Assembly (NCBI GenBank): GCA_964035545.1
Contig: OZ037767.1
Span: 2,429,680-2,493,679, forward strand
From: Bugula neritina
Lineage: Eukaryota > Animalia > Bryozoa
Length of the DNA: 64,000 bases
Direction of reading: 5' to 3'
This document shows positions 1-13,556 of the stretch, piece after piece. Each line of letters starts with the position of its first letter. Position 1 is the stretch's first letter. A program made the translations under genes and the position numbers. Under the pieces are notes generated by a model. It was not told the DNA's origin. It did not search any database and saw only the letters and a list, made by a program, of their open reading frames with translations.

Positions 1-189
1 CCACCAGCCAACTACTCTAACCCGGAGTCTCAACTTCACCCCTACCAGACAGACAGGAGCTGGAGTTACCTCGCAGCCAAGCTATAAACCCGCAACTGCA
101 CACCGACCCCGAGCTCACCCCAAGGCCATATTAAATATATTATTCGGTGAGTTTATAATACTCAAAATTAGTAAAACCCCACCACAACA
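1..189 (+). mobile_element. Possible 3' end of an LTR (truncated by the window edge)
   Basis: GC-richer than the flanks, with TATAAA at 83-88 and ATTAAA at about 130-135. It ends in ...CCACAACA (189), the TG...CA-type terminus typical of Gypsy LTRs. No internal domain or second LTR is visible. Confidence 0.3.
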
Positions 190-1273
190 ATGTTATACTA
201 TTAATATTTATTTTATATAAAAATATTGTGATATTCGCAATTAATATAAAAATATATTAATTTAAATCTGTACTCCCCACATTCAATCAGCAATAGACTA
301 GTCACAGTCACAATGGTCATCAGCTGCGAGTGTAAATATCATAATAATTATAAAATTAAATATTAAATAATCACGATGCGGATGCCAAGCTCAAAGTGAA
401 AGTGAAACTGAATTGGTGAGTGTGAAGGTCAAATGGTGAGGTGAGTTACGAGGTGAATGCTGAAATAGTCCACTTAAAATTATGCAATAAAAACTTTATT
501 GGGTATTTGCAATAGTAGATGTAATTTGCATTAAGAACAAGCGCTTTTCAACAAAATGAATACGTTGCAAGCAGTGAGATTAAAATATAGATAAATTAAA
601 TCTGCAGGCTGAGAAAAACATTGAAGGCGATACTGTATGATGTTTATTCTCGATCCCGATCAAGAACTTCGCCTCATGATCTCATTATTCATTGGCCAGT
701 CACATGGTGCAAAGGTCACAATGGCTTTTTTAGTGAAAGCATAATTCCAAAGTTACCAAACTAAATAATACATTATATAACCTTTAATTTGTTCGATGCT
801 AGGTTTATTTTAATTTAAGCATTTATATGTGTAGTATGATACAGAAAATAATATGTGTGCATATGGTGGACAGCATAAATTTCTGCATAGCCTCTCAATT
901 AGTTACATGATGTTACAAAAAATATAAATCGGTTGATATAAACATATAATACATTCTGTGAAATATTACCCATTGATAATAAAAAAGAAATTTATAATAA
1001 AAGGAATTCTCTTACAAATAGGCATACTCCGAAATAAAACTGTTCTTGCACAAAACATGAAGCAATGTATATAGTTTGAAAAATAAAAGTATTTACAATT
1101 TATAGTTATGATTACTTTGTCATATGCTATTTAGTTATATATAACTTACAAATATTGCATCTCCATTTCAAGCACCAATTTAAGTTGTGTACACCTAGTA
1201 CTACAACAAAATTTTTAAATGATCTGGAATCTACATAAGCGTGTACCTTTAATTATAAATAATAAAGAATACT

Positions 1274-4200
1274 TTAGTTTATGGCAGCATTGGTAGTATT
1301 GGGAAGTTTATACGATAAAACTCCACCAATCAAGAGGAGAGCAGCTATTAATAGAATTGGAATTGCGCAGTGAACTGACAGTAGTGCCCCCATCAACACT
1401 ATAGCCAATATAGAGGAGATCTGTTCAAATACTGCTTTTTGTAGACCCATAGCTGTTGATCTACAAAAAATTAGTAGACTTTTATTATTCTGCTAGACGT
1501 ACTAGTACACTTACTCAATCAAAATAAAAAAATATATTTCTGGCAATATAAACTTGTTGGTTGCATTTTGATTCACTTGATGCAAAGCAGTGCAATACCA
1601 TCATAGTGTACTGGGTTAGTGTGTCGCATTAATGTATTACATTCAGGCAATGCATCAATAAATATGCATCAATTATGCCTATAGTTTATATTGCACTATA
1701 AAAATTGAAATTCAAACTGCAGAAAAATAGTAATTTTTACCCTGATAATCTAAATCATTTATTAATTGATTATAAGCTGATTCATTACGAAAAATTTTGG
1801 TCTTCTTTAAAAAAACTATTTATAAAACTGATTACATTTACCTAATTTCAAGTCAGTATTTTGTAACCAAAATTCATAATTATTTTTCATTAAATAAACT
1901 TTCATTATTAAGAGTTATCTTAACAACATTTTGAATTTTGCTGATAACTTTACAACATTTCGACTATCACAAAGAAATGTCATTTTAGAATGAATGGGTA
2001 ACTTATTTCGAAATTGGGGCAAAACTTTGCCAAAATACAACATATACATATTAGTAATATGAAAAATTAGTAATACGAAGATATAGCAATTAAAAGTACT
2101 ACTCTTTGTTAACACGTTGCTTTACTTAATTTAACAATGATATTTTAATTTATGCTACCAGTATCTAAAAATTAATAACTTTATTTATTACCTGCGATAC
2201 AATCTAAATTATGGTTGCCTAATACCATGTCATATATATTTTAACCAATCATAGCAAACTCCATACCTGATTTTAGTAGGAAAAAGTTCAGCATTAACTA
2301 GATGTGCCACATCACCGGATATTCTACTTAATGCCGTGAAGACGCATGACATCACAATACTTCCTGTTGGACTCGACACAAACCATATGAAGAATACACT
2401 GACTGCATTCAGTATCATAGACACACCTAGAAATAAAATAATATAGCATAAAACTGCCACAGCAGCACCATTAATTATAGATAAACTATAAATTGTGGTG
2501 TTAATCAGATTTATACACATCATAGTGTAAATTATACATATTATATCAAATATTTGTAAGCAAATAAATATTTTGCTCAAACAAATGCAAGAGTGAAACT
2601 CAAAGTCACACATCAGGAAGTTAAAGTGTTTTTCTCAGCCAATAGAACCAATTTGTTTTTCAATCAAGTTGTAATTCATTATGCCATATGAATTGATATA
2701 AGCTTGCTATTAAGCAACTATAAGCCTGTAGACACCATATAAGCCTCGTGTGTTCTGGTAGATAGTATGAGAGCTAACAACATACACCACGTTCCTTTGC
2801 TGTAATAGTTGTTTAACAGAGAAACTCCCAAAATATGAAACATAGGCTCGAAAATACTCTTTCTCATATCAAATGCTATGAGTAGTACGGTTAATTACCT
2901 AGAAGTAACTTTCTTCCTACAGTATCTATCAGTAGCAGGTACACTAAATGACCAGGTATATTGGCTGCAGCTTGTATGAATGTGTCAATATACACTGGAG
3001 TTTGATCAGAGTTGTCACACTTCGTCTTATTGGACGGCGCTGTTGATGCTCCGCACACAGAAGTAGCGTTTGACTCATCCATTCGTTCAATCATTGTAGG
3101 AAACCACAGGGTCAGGCCAAAATTGCTAAAAAAATATAAACATAATTGTAAATTATATTAGTAAAACTATCTAATAAATAATTGAGTTAAATATATCTTT
3201 AAAAAATTATATTAATGGAAATGTAAAGGTAGACCAATCTTAAACAGATATAATTGTTTGAAAATATAGTATAGTGTAGTAGTTTAGATGTACATATCTA
3301 TACTGCTATTATTATTATTGTCAAGCTCAATATTATTAGCATTGTAGATACAAAGATTAGGTTTGTTGTTTTTGTAAAAAGTAGCCTCAAAATGCCATCA
3401 TTACTTAAACTCCAAAGCCAAGCTACTAAAATAGTTATATATAGAAGATAATTCTATATATAACTACTTCAGTAGATTGAACTTTGATTGTCTAAAAATA
3501 ACAGCACATTTCAAGTATGCAAATGATCTCCATGTAAAGTAATTTCAGCTCAGCATAAATTTAAAATTGTAAATAAAAACTGCAAAGTTTTGTTCACAAA
3601 CCTGAAAGCCAGACTGGACAGAATAATACTGCTTACAACAAATCTTTTTCTCATCTCCGGTGTGGTTATGATGCTTAAGATGTTTTTAGTAATATTGGAG
3701 AACTGAAATTAGAATAAATTTATATTAATAATATATAATTTACTATAATAATATATCACTGCTCGCTTATAAGGTATAAGTATACATATAAGTAACTTGC
3801 CATTATAAGCAAATTACATTATGATAAAACAGTGAAGTCATGAACTAAGCGTGTAAAATTATTAGACATAGTTGTAGAAAATTATATTTAGATTATTAGA
3901 GCTATAAAAAGAAAATGTTATATAATTGTATCTCTGCTTTTAGTCATGCAAAAATATTTTTTAATAGATATATGCAAATTGATATTGTTGAGGAAATAAC
4001 TCCGAATCTATATTAATTTTCAATAGCCTCCTGAATTAGTGTTTAGTTTGAGCAAGCATTAAAAACAAAAAGTGGAAACTGATGTTTGGAGATCTATTAG
4101 CTATGTTTAAACGTCACTCTTTATTCTATAATTAATTTCCTTAGTGCTATACAAATGTGCTATTCTAAATTCAATTTGTAACATATGATTACCATATACT

Positions 4201-7200
4201 ATAATATAATGTATAATGATATTATTTTATGCTATACTATAGTGTGTTATATTATAATATGACTGGTCACACATATTCACTGAAACAAACCTTTTTAAGT
4301 TCTCTCCTAGTTGAATTACTTGCAGCAACTCTCTGAAGAGTGAAATTGACCTAAAATATAAAATCATTTTAAATTTCACATATTCTATCAAAAATGTTAA
4401 GTATAACATTAGTTTTACACTACATATAGGTCTATACACCAGTCTTATTTTCAATGGTGTGCAATAAAATGCTTTATCACTTTATCACATGCAGTATAAT
4501 AGAATTCTATATAGAATGGTAATACTAAAAGTTTAATGTTTACAGAAGCAGTAAAGAATATACAGAATGATACAGGAGTATCTTCTACTAACCTGACTCA
4601 AAGGAATTTTCTTATTTTTTTCATAAACATATTTGAGAACGGTTTTGGCCTTTCGAATTTTATTTACCTGCAATAAAAGTTCAAACAATGTTATAATATT
4701 TATTCTGTCACAACTTTGTATATCATGTCTACTTTCTCAACTAGACAAATCGCACAAAGCAGTTTGCATTTTTATAGGTTACCGACTCCCCATAGTGGAA
4801 TTGTTAAAATTTTATATATAAAGTTCTAGTATATATATTACCTCATCAAATTGTAAGGCAATACATGGAATTAGTCAAATATGTCCAGTATAATATGATT
4901 AGGAATATATGTTATAAAATAAAAGTAAAACTAGAAAATTATAACAACCGTCAGAGCAAGCTAACCTTCACCTCATTAGTTTGCAATGAGTCATCAATGA
5001 TTTAACTGTTATATTGTAATATTACTCTGTCTTTAGACTTTTTCAACAAACATATCATCTGTACTGCGTAACTCAATATAGTGGGAATAAAGTAACCAGC
5101 TACAAAAATGCACATGATGTTTTGGGGAGCAACAGTGGGTTTAAATTCTGGCAGATGCCATTGGTGATATCAGGAAAGGTATTTGGACAGCAAAGCTCTC
5201 AAACCAAATAAGAAGTACAAGAAGGGCAGGGGGTGGTGACCCTCATTACTATGTGTTCCCTCAGAGATAAATACTTCAGGATTTAGGCAAAAGTACGGTC
5301 TATTTAAAGCACTTCTTAAACAATAAGTAGATGACATTGAACCTGGACAAGATAGCGTGGGCTCTCTGGTAGAGTCAGTAACAAGGGTACGGAGGCTATA
5401 GCAGGTACAGCCGTAACTAGAAGAAATAACCTCCAGCTATTGAATGTATATCCTTGTATGTACCAAGTCCATTCTTCATGTGGTATGATCAGCCAGGCTA
5501 AACCTGTGGGTAACAATCATACTACATTAAAATAGACATCAGTTAAAGCGGTTCATTCACTGCTAACGCTAGCCACATTCAAGTGGCTTTGTATGGTGCT
5601 ATAATCTCTATAAAATCAGTATTATGAAGAAAATACTGGTATAGGCTCAATCAGGAGAACACAACTCTGAGAAATATTAGCACAAACAATAAGCAATTTA
5701 TATGAATACACCCTACATATAAAAGGCGCAAACACATGTCGAAAAGCATTTCAAGTATATCAAGCAATTTTTTGCAATTTGGATTTTATGTGCCTGACTA
5801 AGTTAGTAACTCGCATCTACGTCCTTTGCAAACCAAAAGTAAAGAAACAGATAATACTGATCAGATTTCTGTTAGACAATATATGCCACTTTTCAAACCG
5901 AATGCTATTAATAATTTATTTAATGAAACAAGAATATGAAAAGAAGAAAACCTGTTGTGTTGTAGTAACGCAGTAAATAAGTTGATAAACTTCATGTATT
6001 TTTCCTGCAGGCTGCTGGAGTTACATTCCCGTAGTGTGTTTGAAACATATTTTAGCAAAATATTTTGTTGCACCACTTTGGCAAAAGTTCTTGAAACTCA
6101 AATATTTGTGTGTATGCTTATGTAATAAAAAAGACAAAGTTTTTCAGAAAAAAAATTTTTCAGACTATATAAATCAACGTCGTCTGCAACTTGAGATATA
6201 TTTAACAAGTAATTAGGCAGTTTAAACCAGTCGTCTAGTTCATAACTAAGTTTCAGAGAGACTTGAAAACATCATTTTGCTGACTCCAATAAATTATAGG
6301 GAAAACCAAAAAGGAGACATTTTTAAAATGCTGTCAGACAGCTAAAGCTCAACAGCAGCAGTTGTTTTCTATACAGTTGCCTCAGCAGAAAATTTTCCAA
6401 TATGCCAGTTGAAGCTATGCAGTTAGAAAAATGCAAGACCGGCAGGAGTTTGAACTATAGACTACTGCATGTGATGCTATGATAAATAAGTCCATTAGAT
6501 CAGGTTAAAGGTATATGGTATGACTAAAAATCTATAATTAGCTACTAATACACACAATAGCTACTAACTACCAGTTGCTACAAACAAACACCAGCTATAG
6601 AGTACTAAAACAAATACCAGGCTTGAAGCAGATGTGAAATTATGATTTTCAATAATGTTAATATTTGTAGCATAAGAAGTTGTCCCTCTTTCCGATGAAG
6701 CAATAAAAATTAAAGCAAATCATCAGTTAGCGGATTAAGCTGGACAAACTATTTAGAATAAAAGTTTTGAGGCTATATATTCCCCTTTTTATCAATATAG
6801 AAATATAATGGAACTCAGTCAACTGTTTATGGAGCACCCAGATAAGCCTCCACTGATAACAATACTTGGAAATCAGAGCAAAGATCCAAGCTCCGAAAAC
6901 TAAATAAGAGGCCTTAAAAACAAACATCAATCTGTCAAGATGCGATAACAGTGGTCTATTTTTATCTATTTTACCAATGTTTTAGCCATAGTTGTAACAT
7001 AACTCATAATAAATCACAGCATTTTTGTGAATTGTTAACATAATTTTAAGTTGAGATGTCATTTTGAATCATTATGAGTAAATAACGATTCTTGCTACCC
7101 TTATACATTCTACTAAAACACAAAAACTAGTATTTGGTGCTGCAACTGCCAATAAGAAAAGTATATTCTCAACAATGGCACCATATTATAGAACTAATAT

Positions 7201-10200
7201 TGCCACACAGCTTGTGTGAGCTATTGTTACATAGAAGCCTTTTGTTTATTAGTTTATTAGTTAGTAGTTTGCATATTATGTTTAGGTGATGGGAATGTTA
7301 AAGAACAATTTTTCACAAGCTGTGTGCCTATGTGTATTGAGCATAGATGCTTAAGTTACAGCTTCTAGGTTATTTCATCATTGTTTTTAGCCATACTTGA
7401 CTTAATGAGTAAGTCAATAATTATATTATTGTATTATATTATACTACCAACAAGAAACTATAAATACAACTACAAAAATCTATATTATTGCTATAAAATT
7501 AAGTACTATAAAAAATATTTATAATATGATATCATCATCATAAAGTTAAATATAACAACGATAATTTACTAGATTTTTGGTAGAGAAAATCTCACCTGCA
7601 ATGAGTAGTAATCCCACGGAGAAGCTGCCAGGTAAAGTCAGCATGTATCTACCTCTGTTTTTGATTGGCAGAAACTCAATAACGTAAGTACTGGTCACAC
7701 ATACACTTCCACCCAGACTAAAATAATATAGAATAAGACTTACCATACTTTTACATTATCATCTTTGGATAGAAGTTGCACGTATACATATTCAAAAAAA
7801 TATATTTAACCTTTTCTGAATTTCGTTTCAATACTAAAATTTTATTACAATATAGATTAATTTTATCAATTTTATTATCTTTATTGTATTTTGTAATTTA
7901 AGCTAGACTAGATTTTCAAGTTTTATATATTGTTAATAATAGTAATATGCTGATAAATATTCGGAATAAGTAATCAAGTTTTAGTAAATAACAAGAGTTT
8001 GAAAAACTCTCACTGATTTTTGTGAATCTCACGACATAGTTCAAGGTAAATCCAATAGCATTATGTTTCAAATCTAATAAACCGAATGCCATAGAGAGGT
8101 AAGAATTTGTAGAAATAAAACTGGAAAATAGGGAATTTAACTTACCCGACCCCCCAAAAGAATCTCATTACTGTAAGAAACCACAGGCTTTGACTAGTTG
8201 AAGCTCCAATAGCAAACAGAGTGTTGATAATTTCACAAAGTACCAGCACTGGAATCCTGCCTTTAATATCAGCAATAGACCCCCAAACAAATGATCCAAC
8301 TAAAATACCTGTCAAATATAGGTTACTCAGGCTTTGATTTATTAATATATGGCAATTAATGCTGCACTTGTAAAATAAAACATTAAAATACACTGTTATT
8401 TATATATCAAGTTCAGGGATAGGTGTATAGGAATGGAGAAATTAAAAAATCTTGTGTTTTAGATTATAAATATAGCAAAGAAGTCTCAAACCAAAGTTTT
8501 TAAAAAAAATTAAAGAACTTGGGCTAATAAAAGTTCTCCACTACTGCTCTGCTATTAAAAGACTCAAACAGTTAACTATATATGTACCTAAGCCGATGTT
8601 TAATTTAACAGAATATTAAGTTAGAACCAAAATATAATATAGTCATCTCCTCACAAGTTAAAACAAGGAGCTGCTTCTATCTGTTAACAGCTACAAGAAA
8701 CTCAACATACTCAGTTGAAATAAAGTGATGTCTACTGCCTACCAACGAGTCCAGTTGATGGAAATAGACTAAGTTCTAAGTCACTGGCCTCAAATTCACA
8801 AGAAACTTTTGGCATAATGAAGGAAGGGGCAAGATTACCGAGAGCATCAGCCAACCGGCACCACCCAAACACCATCAACATCCATATTTGGAACCTACCA
8901 AAGCCTGATAATTGAAAAGGCAGGAATGAGTGTCAACATGAGTTAAATGCAATTTGTAAAGCATTCACGTTTCTAAAATATATTGTATGTTAAGCTAAAA
9001 ATGGTAACGTGAGTTATGGAAGTAATGAAAGCAGTTTTTGAAAATCAGCTAGAACGTGATTTAAAATGTTTCATAGAACTTTATGATTTATCAACTCACA
9101 ATTTTTATATAAAAAAGAATAAAAAATTATTCAATAGAAATCCTAAACAAGTACCAAGTAACATTATTACTGCTGAGTTACCCATGTGGAACCAACCATT
9201 GCAGGATATTCAAATCAAAAAACAACAATAAAGTATGACCATCTCTTAGGGAGTAGAACCTACCTATCATTTCTACAGCTTGGTCTAAGGTCAAAGGTTC
9301 TCCATCTTTCTTATCATTATTGTTGGTACTCTGGTAGTCAGTCACATCTGAAACATAATATTATGATTATCTACATAAACTAGTGTAAGACCTCTCTCTA
9401 GAAGATAAGTACAGATCATCTAAATGGCTTCCGGGTACAACATTTTTACTTCCATTTTAAACAATTTATAAGAGCTAAAAAATTCATTCAATGTGAACAT
9501 TTTTAATTTCTAACTGATAATTTGTCCCGTTGAGCTAAAACTTTTTAGCAATTAGCAAAATAAATAGAAGTCGGGACAAAAAATGTTGTCATTTAAACTT
9601 TGTAAGTTGAAAGTATTAAGTTCTGATAGAACATTTTGAAAAAAAAAATTGAATTACACAAGCAGAATAAATAAAACTATATTATGTTTGCTTTATTTCT
9701 TATATTAGATTAAGTCTCTCAGTTTGGAATGTGAGTTTAATGTTCTAGAAATCTCCAAATGATGTGTTGGGATGGCACACAGCTAAAGTTGCCTTTGACT
9801 CTAGAAAACTAGCTCAGCTAGTAGTAATTATCATGTAAATATAAATCAATGGAGTAATATTGAACATAGCAGTTGAAAGCTATTTTCAAAATATAATCAC
9901 GAATTTGATCATCAATATTTATAACATACATGCAATGCGCACAGGAAAAACAGGGGTGGAAGTACTAGTACTCCAGGGGTATACCAGTACTCTAAGGGGA
10001 ATACTTTACAGAAATTTAAAGAAAACTTTGTCTATATTTGATTTGTTACCCAATTTATAAATATGTATTAGTGTATATTTTATCACTTCACTATACCATA
10101 GCTGTTAGACTACAAAGTATAGACATTATAGAGGGGGTACAATTAGGAATGCTGGTGAAATGGGTACCACTCTTACAATTTAGGAGAATACTTATAATAA

Positions 10201-10559
10201 GTTTCAATGTTGCAATATTCAGGAAAACATTATTTCTTACAGTTGCACTTTCATGCATTTTAAACATTTATTCATTTTACAAAAATTTGCTTTAAATATT
10301 GCAGCAAGTTAGCAAACCTAAATGGGAAAGATGCCAACTTTACTAGCCACTATATTCTTATTTTGCAAACAATATGGGGCCACAATTATTGATGGCCAAC
10401 TGCTCACGTACGCACATTCTAATTGGTTTATGCACGCTATATGCACAAAGGCGCTGGTAACTATTAATTACTATACTAACCGGCTGTGTCCGGTTGCAAC
10501 TTACTACAGGATGAAGGCACAATAAGAGCCTCGGTTTCATCTCCTCCAGTGCTTTCCAT
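1274..10559 (-). CDS. SV2/SVOP-like major facilitator superfamily transporter, about 518 aa, 12 coding exons
   Basis: Exons 10505-10559, 9264-9347, 8743-8904, 8146-8308, 7596-7717, 5343-5503, 4593-4667, 4291-4350, 3602-3702, 2899-3125, 2267-2426, 1274-1460. All are GT-AG and phase-consistent, and they sum to 1557 nt. Motifs: LDQAVEMIGFGRFQ (SV2/SVOP TM1 entry), WGSIADIKGR (MFS motif A), EFLPIKNRG, SWRLFL..LPESPRYL, GLTLWFP, LIDTVGRK, ELFPTKIRSTAMG. An acceptor at 10635 implies an upstream non-coding exon. Confidence 0.9.
5125..5245 (+). mobile_element. Degenerate copy of the SINE-like dispersed repeat
   Basis: B-box-like GGGTTTAAATTC followed by the family core CATTGGTGATATCAGGAAAGGTATTTGG. 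Confidence 0.4.
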
Positions 10560-13556
10560 CACCACCTTTTCAATGACTCTATTCAACAGATAACTTTGCT
10601 CTCACAACAAAATATCTTTCTAAATTTGAAGTAACCTGTAAAATAACAGGTTTTTTGTATGAACTGATATAACCATTGTAAATAATTATGCAGACGTATC
10701 GATCGCGCCTACGGTTGATGAATCACGTGATAGGTGGTTATTAAGATAATTATAGTAATAGGATGTTAGCACTCACTATGTAATTGGTGTATATATTTCT
10801 ACTAAAGCAACATTATTTTATGAAGTATCTCCGATAGTTCATTACCTGTTACTAGTATATGCACGGTTATGAAAGCTTCTGGGACTTAATTTAAATATCT
10901 GACCATTGCATTACAGCCCAAGCTATCTGCTACTTTTTATTAGAGGACATGGTGTATTGTAAAACCTAGAATTTTCAGTTATATACTGCATCTACTTCCA
11001 AATCTGCACCTAAAACCACGTCAATGTAAATTTGTTATTTGTTAATATTAATAGCTTAGCACTTTAATAAATACAGGAGGGTGGGGGGGTCTAAACCAGT
11101 CATCAATTTTCACAGACTGCGACAATCAAATTCATAATTATTTAGGCAAAATCTCCAAAAACAAGAAATAAGAAGTTGGTGAATCTTGTTCACTTGGCTT
11201 AGCAGATCATCAAATGATTTGTTGATATTTTACCTTAGGGGACCTTTAAAATATCCAAACAGAATATGCCCTCGTTCGGCTGTGCCAAAGATATGCCAAT
11301 TAAAATAAAATTCCATGCATCTTATCTATGGACTTAACTCGGATATACTGCATTGTGCATTTTAAAATTTATTCTCATATTTGGAAAAAGTTATTCAGTG
11401 TAGCTTTGTGACAGCTATGGTAGCATTAAATAAGCTACTATAGATGCGTGGGTGCAGCCATTAACAATGATAGGTGGAGCTTCAAATACGTTATTAATGA
11501 TATAAAAACACTTAATACAATATATAGGATATTATATTTATATTTCAATTAGTGTTACTTCCAATTTTAATGCATGAAATGCGGCAGACTTTGACAAAGC
11601 AGCACATTAAGGAATTCATCAGAGCTAAATGGTGTTTACTAATTTTGCTATCAAAAACTCTCTCTCCCAAAATTGCAACTATTCGGGTCTAATATATTTA
11701 AATTTTAGACAATTACAATTTAACATCTACTTGAAAGTGATGAAAAATTGTTGAGGTGGGTGAAGTAATGGAGAAATTAAGCCTGTGCTCTAAATCAGAA
11801 TTGCAGCAAAAAAAGTTATGTGGAAAATTTCAACCAAAATTTATCAGGAAAATTAAAGAACTTGGACTCATAAATTTTTCTTATTACTTCACCTTATAAA
11901 TAAATTCTATAGCTAAGGTTTATTATCAATATCAAACAAAATAAATAACATGTGAGATTATATTATAACAACAAATTAAATTTGCTTCCTTACAACCTGA
12001 ACTGGATATAAACACCTACTGATTAAAGTTTGTAAAATAACATAAAATCAATATGGTAATAACACTCACCCACATGATACTAATAACATAGATAAATTAA
12101 CTTACAAATGCAAAAATTCATTCAATATGTTCCCAGCTTATTGATTGAGAGGTCTACAGTGAATTAATAAGCTCTACAATGTCCTTTGTAGTAGACAATA
12201 GATTCCGGTCTGCACAGCTACAGCTAGCTAACAGTGAGCAAACAAGCTTGTCCAACATTCTGCCTGAAATCCAATTGGTTGTGCTACTAGTTAACTTTAA
12301 GAATGTACGTACACTGCACAGTTGTATGTAAACCAGGCGATTAGTCACGCTACCACCATGTTCTTTATTGATGGGTATTATGACAACCACTGACACAACG
12401 GTTAAGAAGTGAAAGGGGGGATCTTATTGTGGGAGGAGACAATTTCTCAATGGCTGGCTGAACAATATTGAGCCAAAAAATTAGAAAAGCCCGAGTTGTA
12501 GATACAGATTGTGGCACAAAGATTGTTTTCTCGGAAGATTTTCAATAATAATTAGAGAACTTAGGCTATGGGAATTTTACCTAACGGCATCTTTTATTTA
12601 CTATAAGGTGATAACTTCAGACAAGTTGCTAATTTAAGAAGACAACTCCTTAATTATTTTAGCTTTAGAAAATCATGTTACATTTCATTGAGTGGAGTAA
12701 AAAGTCAGTTCAAGACAATATATGAACCATAGGCTGGTTGCATGGTGCATAGGCTTTGGATTTTTAGTTACAACTTCTTTTTGAAAGATTCTAAAGCAAA
12801 TTCCTCACATAAGCTTGGGTTGAAAGCTTACAATAGCTATAGTATATTATTTAGCACTTAATATCCATGTTGATGGTACATATAATTCAGCAAACTTATG
12901 ATTATGTCAATAATTTGGTATGTAGATTTTTTCTGCAGATAAAGTTTGCAGCTATAAAATGCTACAGATATACCCTGTACTCCTAAGATATAATATAATA
13001 CCACACCTATTTCAATACTTATTTGATTTCGTGGTGAAATATGCTCACTTAGAGTTCTTGTTTAGTAACAAAGTAGCTGAACATTATTACATATAAAGAC
13101 TGACGTTGTGTGTGTTATATTTTCTTTTTTCAATTTTGTTTAGGTTTTATAGTTTATTTAATGCTTTATAAAGATGACAAGAATATAAATTTTACAAATA
13201 AAATAAATTGGAATGTCATATGAAGGGGTAATATACTTATTTCTTGATTATGCAAATTATGAATGTTTCATTTTTATTTGAAACCCTGTTAAGTTGTTCA
13301 CACGCATCCAAGTTGTGTAAATTTGTCAGTTTTCCCCACCATAAAATTATCTTAAAATAATACGAAAACTATAAAATATTGTATCATTAGTTGAAGACAC
13401 TTAATTATTAAAGCAGAATATATTATAATATGCTATAATATTTTAATTTTTATTCTTTTAAAAAATAAGGAAACTCTAGATTTTAGTAGTGAAAAAAATA
13501 CAATATAGTTATAGTTATAGAACTTACACCCAAAATGCTTAGAGCTTGAAAATTGC

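Noticed and set aside
12154-12396. ORF with faint resemblance to LINE reverse-transcriptase N-terminal motifs (VIIPINK.., MLDKLV..LL)
   Set aside because: Too degenerate to call without a profile search, and no YxDD motif is visible.
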